Source: Clostridia bacterium | GTDB taxonomy: Bacteria > Bacillota > Clostridia > JAAYHZ01 | Assembly (NCBI GenBank): GCA_050950825.1 | Contig: JBMNIH010000001.1 | Location: 32,001-96,000 of the forward strand | DNA: 64,000 nt | Direction: 5' to 3' | Shown: piece after piece, positions 34,660 to 43,601 of the stretch | Position numbering within the stretch: position 1 is the first letter of the stretch | Layout: every line of letters begins with the position of its first letter | Position numbers and translations under genes: made by a program | The notes under the pieces: model-generated | The model's database searches: none | Told to the model about the DNA's origin: nothing | The model's input: only the letters and a program-made list of their open reading frames with translations

Positions 34660-35924
34660 TCTTCTTCACCGTAAAGTCTTCGAATATCTTTCGGATCAAG
34701 GTTCAGATCCATCTTCATTTCGTCACGTAAGCATTTGAAGGCTTCCAACGTTTTCTCTACGTCTTCGTCCGTATGGTCCGCCGTGGGAATGATGCGAAAT
34801 TCGACAAAATTCTTCGGAATAACGGGATACATTACGGCCGTTGTAAAGATTCCTTTGTTTCTTAAGAACAAAATCCATTCCATACCGATTTTCGGGTCCC
34901 CTCCCGGAACAAATACCGGAATAATCGGCGATTTTACATCACCCACGTAAAAGCCCAAGGCCTTCAATCCTTCGGATAACTTGTCGGAAATATGGAACAG
35001 CTTCTTTCTTCTGTCCGCTCCGTTTCTCACCAGCTCCAACGTCTTCTGTAGACTCTTGACGTAGATCATTGGCAAGCTTTTAGCGAACACCTGCGTTCTG
35101 GAGTTGTACCGAATCCACTCCGTTACGGGCTTATCGGCGGCGGAAAAGCCTCCGATGGATGCAAAAGCCTTGGCAAAGGTTCCGAAGTAGATATCGATTT
35201 TATCTTGAACGCCGAAATATTCGCCGGTACCGACGCCGTTTTTACCCATGACACCTACACCGTGGGCATCGTCCACGAATAATCGAGCTTCGTATTTATC
35301 CTTTAAAGCGCAAATCTCATCCAATTTGGCCAAGTCCCCGGTCATTCCGTAAACACCTTCGGTTAAAACCAGAACGCCGCCTTTTCGTTTTTCATTCACC
35401 TGCTTTAATATTTTTTCAAGGCTGTCCATATCGTTGTGCTTGAATACGCGAAGCTTTCTTCGGTCGGAAACCGCGGAAATAGCTGCGTCCACGATGGAAG
35501 CATGGGCCAGCTTGTCCATAACAATGACATCATCGGGACCTACTAAAGATGCAACGGTACCGATAACACCCAAATAGCCGTAGTTAAACAGGATGGACGA
35601 CTCTTTTTGTGCAAAGTCGGCCAACCCTTCTTCCAAAGCAATGTGCTCCGGTGTGTTGCCGCTCATCATTCTTGAGCCCATAGGGCCGCTTGTGCTCCAG
35701 ATTTCCAATGCTTCTTTTGCCGCTTGCTTCACTTCTTCGTGTCCGGCCAGACCTAAATAATTGTTGATTGACCACATAATATACTGTTTACCTGCAATGG
35801 TCATTTTCGAACCGGGCACCGAATCGATAACAGGCATCGTAAAGGTTCTGTCCCCTGCAGCCCTAAAAGCACCAAAATAACCTGCGTCGGTATTACATTT
35901 TGCAAATATGTCCTCGTATGTCAT
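34656..35924 (-). CDS. PLP alpha-oxoamine synthase, cysteate acyltransferase (SulA/CapB)-like
   Basis: NNYLGL, GSRMMSG, HASIVD, HND, DDAHG, GTFAK252; WSIN, NYGY and QVFAK282SLPM match the cysteate-acyltransferase subfamily as recalled. Confidence 0.8.
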   Translation of the reverse strand: MTYEDIFAKCNTDAGYFGAFRAAGDRTFTMPVIDSVPGSKMTIAGKQYIMWSINNYLGLAGHEEVKQAAKEALEIWSTSGPMGSRMMSGNTPEHIALEEGLADFAQKESSILFNYGYLGVIGTVASLVGPDDVIVMDKLAHASIVDAAISAVSDRRKLRVFKHNDMDSLEKILKQVNEKRKGGVLVLTEGVYGMTGDLAKLDEICALKDKYEARLFVDDAHGVGVMGKNGVGTGEYFGVQDKIDIYFGTFAKAFASIGGFSAADKPVTEWIRYNSRTQVFAKSLPMIYVKSLQKTLELVRNGADRRKKLFHISDKLSEGLKALGFYVGDVKSPIIPVFVPGGDPKIGMEWILFLRNKGIFTTAVMYPVIPKNFVEFRIIPTADHTDEDVEKTLEAFKCLRDEMKMDLNLDPKDIRRLYGEEE

Positions 35925-35961
35925 TTACAGTTCTCCTTATAACTTAAATTTATATTATGAA

Positions 35962-35990
35962 ATACTAGCACATCATCCCGGGCAGTTCAA
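35962..35990 (-). promoter_or_regulatory. SigA-like promoter of the AOS-VOC-SDR operon
   Basis: TTGAAC-17 nt-TAGTAT with extended TG, followed by an AAGGAG RBS. Confidence 0.5.
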
Positions 35991-36002
35991 CCCAAGTGAC
36001 GC

Positions 36003-36779
36003 TTAGTCCTTAAACACATCGCCGATACCGTTTAAAATGTATTTCGGTCGATATGCAAATCTCTTGATATTCTCCGGCGTGGAAACGCCGCTTAAAACCA
36101 ATACCGTATCAATTTCCGATTCGATTCCGGCAATAATATCGGTATCCATACGGTCTCCGATAATGACCGTCTCCGAACTGTCGCAGCCTAAGAGCTTTAA
36201 TCCGTGCCTCATCATTAAGGGATTCGGCTTTCCCACAAAATAGGGTTTTACACCGGTTGCCAATTCAATGGGAGCAATCAGCGCTCGGGTTGCAGGGACA
36301 ATTCCTTTTTCCGTAGGACCGGTAAGGTCCGAATTGGTCCCTATAAGCTTGGCTCCTTTTAGAACCAAATGAACCGCATGCTCGATTACGTGGTAATTGT
36401 AGTTTCGCGTCTCTCCTACCACCACATAATCCGGGTTTACATCGTTCATCGAAAGTCCCGCATCGTACAATGCATTAATCAGCCCCGCCTCCCCGATAAC
36501 AAACACCGATCCCCCGGGCTTTTGGGATTGCAAAAAAGCGGCCGTTGCCAAGGCGCTGGTATAAAAATATTGATCCTCTACTTCGATTCCCATTCGCGCA
36601 AGCTTTTGCGACAGCTCCCTTCGGGAGCGTTCCGAGCTGTTGGTTAAAAACAAAAACCTTTTATTATACTTTCTTAATGCGTCAACAAACTCTTTCGCCC
36701 CCTCCAGCAATCGATTCCCGTGGTAAAGGACGCCGTCCATATCGATGATAAAACCGGTTTTTTCTCTTAATTCCTTCAT
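36003..36779 (-). CDS. HAD-IIA (NagD-like) phosphatase
   Basis: DMDGV, LTNSS, GKPN, GDRMDTDI. Confidence 0.92.
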   Translation of the reverse strand: MKELREKTGFIIDMDGVLYHGNRLLEGAKEFVDALRKYNKRFLFLTNSSERSRRELSQKLARMGIEVEDQYFYTSALATAAFLQSQKPGGSVFVIGEAGLINALYDAGLSMNDVNPDYVVVGETRNYNYHVIEHAVHLVLKGAKLIGTNSDLTGPTEKGIVPATRALIAPIELATGVKPYFVGKPNPLMMRHGLKLLGCDSSETVIIGDRMDTDIIAGIESEIDTVLVLSGVSTPENIKRFAYRPKYILNGIGDVFKD

Positions 36780-36831
36780 ATTTATAACCTTTCCCGATCA
36801 AGATATAACATCACATTCCCGTTCATACGGT

Positions 36832-37665
36832 TCAGATTCGTTCAACGAACTCATGCATTTTCCCCAAGGCAAACAGCTGTTGGGGAGTTTTCGTATTGTA
36901 GCCAAAGCCGTGAGCGGCACCTTCTACAAGAACCAATTCCGCGGAAACTCCGTGTTTTTTAAAGGCATCCATCATATTATCTACGGCTTTTTTGGTTACC
37001 AGTTTATCTTCCGCAGCATGAATGACCAAGCAAGGAGCTTCTTTCCCTGTAATTCGGTAAACGGGTGATGCAATTTTATAAAGCTCCTCGTTTCCTTCAA
37101 TAGGTTTTCCCATAAAGTTTTGGTTACAGCTTATTTCATAGCCGTATATCGTCAAATCGTTGTAATGCAAATCCAAAACCGGGCAATAAAGAACCGCACC
37201 GTACGGGGTTGTGTCCAAGAAGGTCATCTCTGCGGTATAGCCGAGCATATCTTCTTTCGGTATGGTCAAAAGCATCCCGCACAAATAGGCTCCGGCGGAG
37301 GAACCGGCGACGATAATCTTATCCTTGTCGTATCCGTATTTTGACGCATTTTCCTTGAGATAAGACATGCAAAGGCGAACATCTTCGATTTGAGCGGGAA
37401 AATGCCTTTTGTATCCTTCTTGAAAGCTTCCGGATCCTGCCGTATCTCCGGGAGCCAGCCGGTATTCCATGCTGCAGCTAACAAATCCCCTCTCGCAAAA
37501 CCATCTTGCCAAAGGATGCCAAGCATCTTTTTTACCTGCGTGAAATCCTCCCCCGTGTATGAAAAAGATGCATTTGTCGCTTTTGACTTCATCCGGAATG
37601 AACAAGTCCACTACACGTTCGTCCGTGTAATATTTGCTATAGGGTATGTTTAGCAATTCCCTCAT
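36832..37665 (-). CDS. Alpha/beta-hydrolase (esterase, HSL/BD-FAE-like)
   Basis: HGGGF, GSSAG nucleophile, DKLV, HGF. Confidence 0.88.
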   Translation of the reverse strand: MRELLNIPYSKYYTDERVVDLFIPDEVKSDKCIFFIHGGGFHAGKKDAWHPLARWFCERGFVSCSMEYRLAPGDTAGSGSFQEGYKRHFPAQIEDVRLCMSYLKENASKYGYDKDKIIVAGSSAGAYLCGMLLTIPKEDMLGYTAEMTFLDTTPYGAVLYCPVLDLHYNDLTIYGYEISCNQNFMGKPIEGNEELYKIASPVYRITGKEAPCLVIHAAEDKLVTKKAVDNMMDAFKKHGVSAELVLVEGAAHGFGYNTKTPQQLFALGKMHEFVERI

Positions 37666-37676
37666 GTCGTCCTCCG

Positions 37677-38779
37677 TTATTTTTCCTTAGCCAATACGGG
37701 ATACAAGATCTTTGCCATATTATAAAATCCCAAATCCGTAGGATGGGAACCGTCCACCGTCGTTTCCTCGAAGTCTTCTCCTAAAACCCGGCTGCCGTCA
37801 ATAAAGTACATTTGGTCGTATCCTTCCTTTTTCAGCATCTCAATGGTTTCCACGATGAAATCTCCTATGACGTCTTTCGGGTCTTGGGGCATATTCAAGT
37901 CATCCATAAAATAGTAGAAAGATTTCCGTAAAGCCGATATCACGTATATAGGAACATGGGGCCTTTTATTCTTTAAAATTCTCATAAAACCCGGCAAGGT
38001 ATCTTTATACATTTCCACGGTGCAATTGGCGACATAGTCCAGTATATAACAAGAGGCGTCGATTTCCGCCATGCATTCGGCTACGATGGCATCTCCTTGG
38101 CCGTTTCCGGAAAAGCCCAGATTAATGCATTCCTCTTTCATCATGCGGCTTAAGATATTGGTATAGGCCATACCGGGTCTTGAAGCACATCCCCCTTGGG
38201 TAATGGAGGTGCCGTAAAAGACGTTCTTTTTGCCCGGTTTTAAAAATCGGATTTTCCAATGGCCGCACCCTCGTCGATTCCCACAAGAACATGTTGTACA
38301 CCCATGTACAAAGGGAAATTCAGTACAACGGTTCGCATTTTCTTTTTCGGAAAACTAAACATCTCCGATGCATACGAATCCTTGGAGTGGTCGAATCGAG
38401 TGGTCTTGTAATATCTTACCTCGTTTTGATCTCCGATATATACGTCAAAACCGCATTGCCCTGTTGCCGGCATGTGGTACATATTGGCCCTTGAAGGCAT
38501 CTTGACGGCAATATAAAGGCGATTCGAATCGGTGGTAAAGTGAAGCTGTCCCCCGGCCGTGTTGTTTGCCAACGCATCGACGGGAGGTCGTAACATGTCC
38601 TTCACCCTCAACGGCAATCTTCGATAAATCCTGTCTTCCTCAATCCACGGAAACCCTGCAATGAGTATGTCTTCCGAGTCCGGCGGGTTGATCCAACGAA
38701 TGCCTTCAACGGAAGAAAAATCAAAGGCGATTTCGGCTTTAATTTCATCCGCTTTTAATATGTTCATTTGATTGCTCAT
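37677..38779 (-). pseudogene. SGNH/GDSL esterase with N-terminal domain, split by a 1-nt frameshift
   Basis: N part 38240-38779 ends GKSDF*; the -1 frame continues FLKPGKKNVFYGTSITQGGCASRPG...NLGFSGNG...DGSHPTDLG. Confidence 0.8.
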
Positions 38780-38848
38780 ATTAGTACCCCCCTCATATGA
38801 TTAAGTCTTATTATACCATATTCCAAACAATTTCGTTTTCCTTTTCGA

Positions 38849-40987
38849 TTATTCGTTATACTTTAACGCCGATAAATATCCGGGTATTTCCCCTTCAATG
38901 GTTCTTTTCACTTGACGAATTTTCCAAGATAAATGGTCCGGATCCGTCATGTATTCCATACTCGGCTCCCATCCTAATCGAGAGTCCGCTTCCGACAAAG
39001 GAATGGTGTTTCTTGCATTCTCGATCTCATCGTATCCGATTTTTATCAAAGCTTGGCCGTACTCTTTGATTTTTTGGGGATCCGTCTCCACGAACAACTT
39101 CATTTTAAGCAAAGCCCATTCCTTTACATGGATTGTGGTGGTACAGCAGTTCGCGATAAACTTGCCGAGATTGATCATGTAAAAAGCGTCCTTTTTCTTG
39201 TTTTCCGGCAATGTCGGATAGATTTCTTCCAAAATGGCAACGCCCTCTTGGAAGTAGGACCTCATCTTTTTTATGCGATTCATTTCTACCGGCAATCGGA
39301 ATTGGAACAAAGAGCTTCTTGTATTGTCATGAGAGCCGTAATGCGGGTTGCATATTTTGTTTCCTCCGAACATGGCATAAGGTATGGACGGTATGGTAAC
39401 ACCGGATCGGAACACCAACGGATAGGACGGTCCGATACGGAAAGGACCGTATTGGTCTTCGTTGGTCGAGATGTAGCATCGAATGCCTTCGCTCCACAAC
39501 CGCCATGCTTTCGTTACCTTTTCCACGTTTTGTTTTCCGAAATCTCTTTCCGCAATCAGCTCCAAAACCTTATCTTCCGCGGGTGATTCCGTCCAATAGG
39601 ACCATTTGGCCGCTTCGGAAATAAAAGAAGGCCAAAAGCCGTAATGATGAGATTCCATCAAGCCCGAAAGTCCCCAATTGATACGCGCCTCATGCAATTT
39701 TTCATGACGACGCATCCACTGATAAGGACAAGGCTCGTATGGGATGACACCGATATCCCAAGTCAGTCCTCCGGTGTTGCACATGGTATAAAGGCGTATT
39801 CCCCGTTCCTTTGCAATCTTCGCTTCGCTTGCAAAATACTTGCCCGGTCCTTCGAAGGATAAGGTATAGTCCACACAGGTACTCATGACACCGTCCGTGG
39901 GAATCTTTTCGAACATCTCGAAGGTAACCAATAGGGAGACATCGTTCGGGATATTTTTTAAAAGCTCGATACGGTGCTCTTCGTCCACATAACCCCAGTT
40001 ATATGTCCAAAATACGATATCCGCATCTTCTTTGTGTTTTCGGATGGTTTTTTTGATCAAGTTCAACCATTGGGGATAATCGCTGCAAGGCCACCATCCG
40101 GGACTGGGTTTTCCCGTAGGCAAGCCGTCTTCGGTATTTTCGTAGTAAAACTTCCCGGAGGTGCGGGGGTCTTTACTGGGAAATTCCACCGACTCTCCCA
40201 CCATGACAATGCCTTTTAAGCCCGGGCACTTTTGAAACAGCTTCCCGTATGTATTCCCGTAATAGCTTTCCGCATCCGGATCATCCGGATGCTTTAAGCT
40301 TTTCATATAGCTGTAGGCATACACGTCAATTCCATACCCTTCGGCACGGTAGATCAATTCGTTGAAGTCCACGTATCCGTGAGGAGTAATATCCACATCC
40401 TTGGTAAATACCAAAATGGCATCGATGCCTTGATGGGCAATGGCATTCAAATGAGCATCCGGAAACATATCCAAGCCGTACCCGGAATGGACCATTCGAG
40501 GAGAGAACAGGGGTTTCCTTGCCATATCCTGTTTGGCAACCACGGGAGCGCATTTTAAATTCATCAAATCTTCCAAATAGTAAGCCCCCTGAGCCGCACC
40601 TTTGCAATCAAATCCGCAAATGAGGATGCCCTCATCCGTACATAAAAATCGGTAGCTGCGCTGTGTGTCCAAGTCTTTTCCGTATTCGGGGGATAATCTT
40701 TTATTGGTAAGAATAATCTTTCGAGATAAGGAAGCGATTTCCGTGGCAATGTTATCCGTGATTCTCAGCTTTAAAAATACTTTCATCGATACGGCAAAGT
40801 AGTCCTGAAGGTCATTTGCGGCGATTTTCAATACTCGGGCGGTATCCTCCGGAAGCACGATTTCCCAGGTTTCGTCCACTTGGATTTCGTTCTCGGACGG
40901 AAGTACGTGAAAATCTCTTCGGCCGGGCTTATGAACCTCCAGCATTCTTTTACGAAAATCGTAATTTCTTTCTTTTACAACGTCCAT
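38849..40987 (-). CDS. Uncharacterised glycoside hydrolase-like protein (GH20/GH67-type N-terminal domain)
   Basis: GILICGFD..GAAQGAYYLEDL...PLFSPRMVH N-domain pattern; no signal peptide. Confidence 0.55.
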   Translation of the reverse strand: MDVVKERNYDFRKRMLEVHKPGRRDFHVLPSENEIQVDETWEIVLPEDTARVLKIAANDLQDYFAVSMKVFLKLRITDNIATEIASLSRKIILTNKRLSPEYGKDLDTQRSYRFLCTDEGILICGFDCKGAAQGAYYLEDLMNLKCAPVVAKQDMARKPLFSPRMVHSGYGLDMFPDAHLNAIAHQGIDAILVFTKDVDITPHGYVDFNELIYRAEGYGIDVYAYSYMKSLKHPDDPDAESYYGNTYGKLFQKCPGLKGIVMVGESVEFPSKDPRTSGKFYYENTEDGLPTGKPSPGWWPCSDYPQWLNLIKKTIRKHKEDADIVFWTYNWGYVDEEHRIELLKNIPNDVSLLVTFEMFEKIPTDGVMSTCVDYTLSFEGPGKYFASEAKIAKERGIRLYTMCNTGGLTWDIGVIPYEPCPYQWMRRHEKLHEARINWGLSGLMESHHYGFWPSFISEAAKWSYWTESPAEDKVLELIAERDFGKQNVEKVTKAWRLWSEGIRCYISTNEDQYGPFRIGPSYPLVFRSGVTIPSIPYAMFGGNKICNPHYGSHDNTRSSLFQFRLPVEMNRIKKMRSYFQEGVAILEEIYPTLPENKKKDAFYMINLGKFIANCCTTTIHVKEWALLKMKLFVETDPQKIKEYGQALIKIGYDEIENARNTIPLSEADSRLGWEPSMEYMTDPDHLSWKIRQVKRTIEGEIPGYLSALKYNE

Positions 40988-41011
40988 GTTTCCTCCTTAT
41001 CCTCGACCCCT

Positions 41012-41746
41012 TTATTTAATCTTCTTTTTCAAGTCTTCCAAGCAAAGCTTCACCATTTTTTCTCCCATTTCAACGGAGGATTCCGTTGCATCTTGGATGA
41101 ACCACTCGTCGCTGTCTTTAATACGATCTTTGATCACCGTTTCCGGGTACAAGGCGGCCAAAATGCTGCATTCGTATTTTCCGGCATGGTCATAACCGGT
41201 TTGGTTTTGCACCTCTTTGCTCATACAAGGAAGTACCGTAATCCAATTCCAAGGATTGTCGCCTTGGTCCAGCTTCTCGTAAAACTCCTTGTTCTTGTTA
41301 TCTCCCCACCAGCCTTTGCCTCTTGTGTCCTCGAGAAATTCAAAGGTCAAGGTTTTTGCCGCTTTCATACAAGACAACGTCATGGGCAGAAGGTTTTCCT
41401 GTTCGTACTGGTGATGTATTAACATATAAATGTTTCGCCATCCGCCGTACAAAAGGGATTTTAATATCATTTTGATGTATTCTTCAAAAACGGAAGCTTC
41501 CACATGAACGGTACCTTTTTCGGGACCCGCCACCGCATAGCTTGAGGGGCTGTACCATACGGGCGGAGCAACGATTATATCCATTTCTTTTTCCAAACGT
41601 TCCAATAACCCCAACGCCACTAAAGTATCGCAGCCGAAGGAACAGTGGGGCCCGTGGTATTCGATGGTACCTACGGGTATGACTAAAGGCGTGCGATTTC
41701 TCTTCGCTTCTTCGATTTCTTTCGGAAATATGTATTCGAGTTTCAT
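41012..41746 (-). CDS. Creatininase/mycofactocin peptidase family amidohydrolase
   Basis: PVGTIEYHGPH...D and DHAGKYE motifs. Confidence 0.85.
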   Translation of the reverse strand: MKLEYIFPKEIEEAKRNRTPLVIPVGTIEYHGPHCSFGCDTLVALGLLERLEKEMDIIVAPPVWYSPSSYAVAGPEKGTVHVEASVFEEYIKMILKSLLYGGWRNIYMLIHHQYEQENLLPMTLSCMKAAKTLTFEFLEDTRGKGWWGDNKNKEFYEKLDQGDNPWNWITVLPCMSKEVQNQTGYDHAGKYECSILAALYPETVIKDRIKDSDEWFIQDATESSVEMGEKMVKLCLEDLKKKIK

Positions 41747-41830
41747 AAGCCGGTTCTCCTTTATTCTCCGTAAAATACGAAGAAAAGCCCGTACCGTTAC
41801 AAAGTCGAGCTTTTCTTCTGTCGTCGCTTT

Positions 41831-43000
41831 TTAAAAATCCAATTCAATAATATCTCCGATGGGACTGCAGAGGCTTTCGCATCCGTCTTTGGTGACAACG
41901 ACACCTTTTTCCCATCTTAAACCGAAGGTGCTGCCGGACACAAAGGAATCCACTTGGAATGTCATATTCGGCTGCAGTTCATACACAGACGTGGTTTCCA
42001 TCCAAGGAGCTTCCACTTCGATCATGCCGGTTCCATGGCAAGGTCCGTATACGTAATTGTCCTTTTTCCCATTTGAAACGAACAATTCGTAATACCCTTT
42101 GGCAATATCGCATGCTTTCACACCGGCTTTGATTTGCGCGGTAGTCCAATTATGGACTTCCAAACCGAACTCCACCAATTCCCGTTTTTCCGGCGTGAGT
42201 TTTCCAACGCAAACCGGTATGCCAATGCTGGGAGAATATCCGTCTACTTTCGCGGAAAGGTTCAGTTGAACCAAATCGCCTTTTTCGATGACTCGGTAAG
42301 AGGAACGAGAGATGGCGTGGCGGGTGGATTTTTCCGAGAATACATACATGGGCAGTCCTTCGTATTCCGCACCGTTTTCATATATCACTCTCTGGGCGAT
42401 ACCTACCATCTGCAGCTCGGTTACACCGGGTCTTAAGTTTTTAATCACCTCTTCGATGGCAAGCTCGGTTATACGAAATCCTTCCCGCATACATTTAAGC
42501 TCGTTCTCGGATTTGATTCCTCTTAAAGCCAGCATAATATCGTCGGCTTTTACGATTTCCGCATCGGGATAATTTTCTTTTAAGCTTTCCATCATTACCG
42601 CATTGGTATCCAAAAAGCTTCCGATTCCAATACGAATCTTTTCTCCTTTTACACCCAGATCCTTAAAAATGTCCTTGTAGTTCAAGGTTTTCATTTCCGG
42701 GTACGAAGGATCCGCCGATTCTCTGTAAGCAAGAGACGTATAAATTTTATCAATTCTGCTTACATCCGCCGCAAAAATCACGCTTTCCGGTCCTACAATC
42801 AGTCCTGCATTCCCTTCAGGCGTAATGGCTACGCCCGCTCTTTCGAATAAAGGCCAAAAACCGCTGAAATAGCGGGCATTGGCATAATCCGCTTCATTGG
42901 AATTCACCAAAAATACATCCAAACCTTTTTCTTGGGCAAGCTTTGCCGCTCTTTGAATCCTTTCTTTGTATTCCCAATCCGGAATCATCACCCTGCTCAT
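41831..43000 (-). CDS. M24 (Xaa-Pro peptidase/creatinase) fold protein
   Basis: Creatinase_N-like domain, LRGIKSENE, HGTG; metal ligands partly lost. Confidence 0.85.
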   Translation of the reverse strand: MSRVMIPDWEYKERIQRAAKLAQEKGLDVFLVNSNEADYANARYFSGFWPLFERAGVAITPEGNAGLIVGPESVIFAADVSRIDKIYTSLAYRESADPSYPEMKTLNYKDIFKDLGVKGEKIRIGIGSFLDTNAVMMESLKENYPDAEIVKADDIMLALRGIKSENELKCMREGFRITELAIEEVIKNLRPGVTELQMVGIAQRVIYENGAEYEGLPMYVFSEKSTRHAISRSSYRVIEKGDLVQLNLSAKVDGYSPSIGIPVCVGKLTPEKRELVEFGLEVHNWTTAQIKAGVKACDIAKGYYELFVSNGKKDNYVYGPCHGTGMIEVEAPWMETTSVYELQPNMTFQVDSFVSGSTFGLRWEKGVVVTKDGCESLCSPIGDIIELDF

Positions 43001-43110
43001 AGATCATACCTCACTTTCCATTTTGATCGATTAAGCATATTTTAACGCAGAACGTAATATGTTCCGTCCGTTTATCCTTAACCTTGGGCTTTTTGACATG
43101 TAAAAAACGA

Positions 43111-43536
43111 TTATTCGGTTTCTTGCTTTTCCTTAAACTCCTTTGCTTTAACCCTTGCTTGCAACGTACGAAGAGTCATTAACGTTTCTTCTCCGGTGTT
43201 GTCGTCTATAAATCGTAAAGGAAATTTGTTGTTAATATATTCTTGGTCTAAAAGCGTATACCCGTTTGCTTTCGCAAATTCTCGAACTTCTTTTAAAGTC
43301 CATTTCGGTTTTCTTTTCGCTCCGGTTTTATTCCTCAAATAGCAACTCGGGCATCCGGAACCCCTTTCCAAATTCTGAGGTAGGGCTTCAAAATCATTTC
43401 CGCATACCTTACAGTGAATCAATACTTTTTTATTCCAATTGGTAACATCCCCTTTTCTTTCCAAAGGGCGGCCTTCCAAGACTTTATCCAATCTCTCGTT
43501 TGTCCACGGTTCGTATCTTCTTGGCCTTTTCAACAT
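43111..43536 (-). CDS. Zn-ribbon DNA-binding protein (homing-endonuclease-associated repeat type)
   Basis: HCKVCGNDF...GSGCPSC plus a degenerate second repeat (EYINNKFPLRF); GGAGGTGA RBS. Confidence 0.7.
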   Translation of the reverse strand: MLKRPRRYEPWTNERLDKVLEGRPLERKGDVTNWNKKVLIHCKVCGNDFEALPQNLERGSGCPSCYLRNKTGAKRKPKWTLKEVREFAKANGYTLLDQEYINNKFPLRFIDDNTGEETLMTLRTLQARVKAKEFKEKQETE

Positions 43537-43601
43537 ACGAACTCACCTCCATGAAATAGTATCACCTTATTTCATGTTTTTAGTCAAAAAGCGAAAGAAG
43601 A

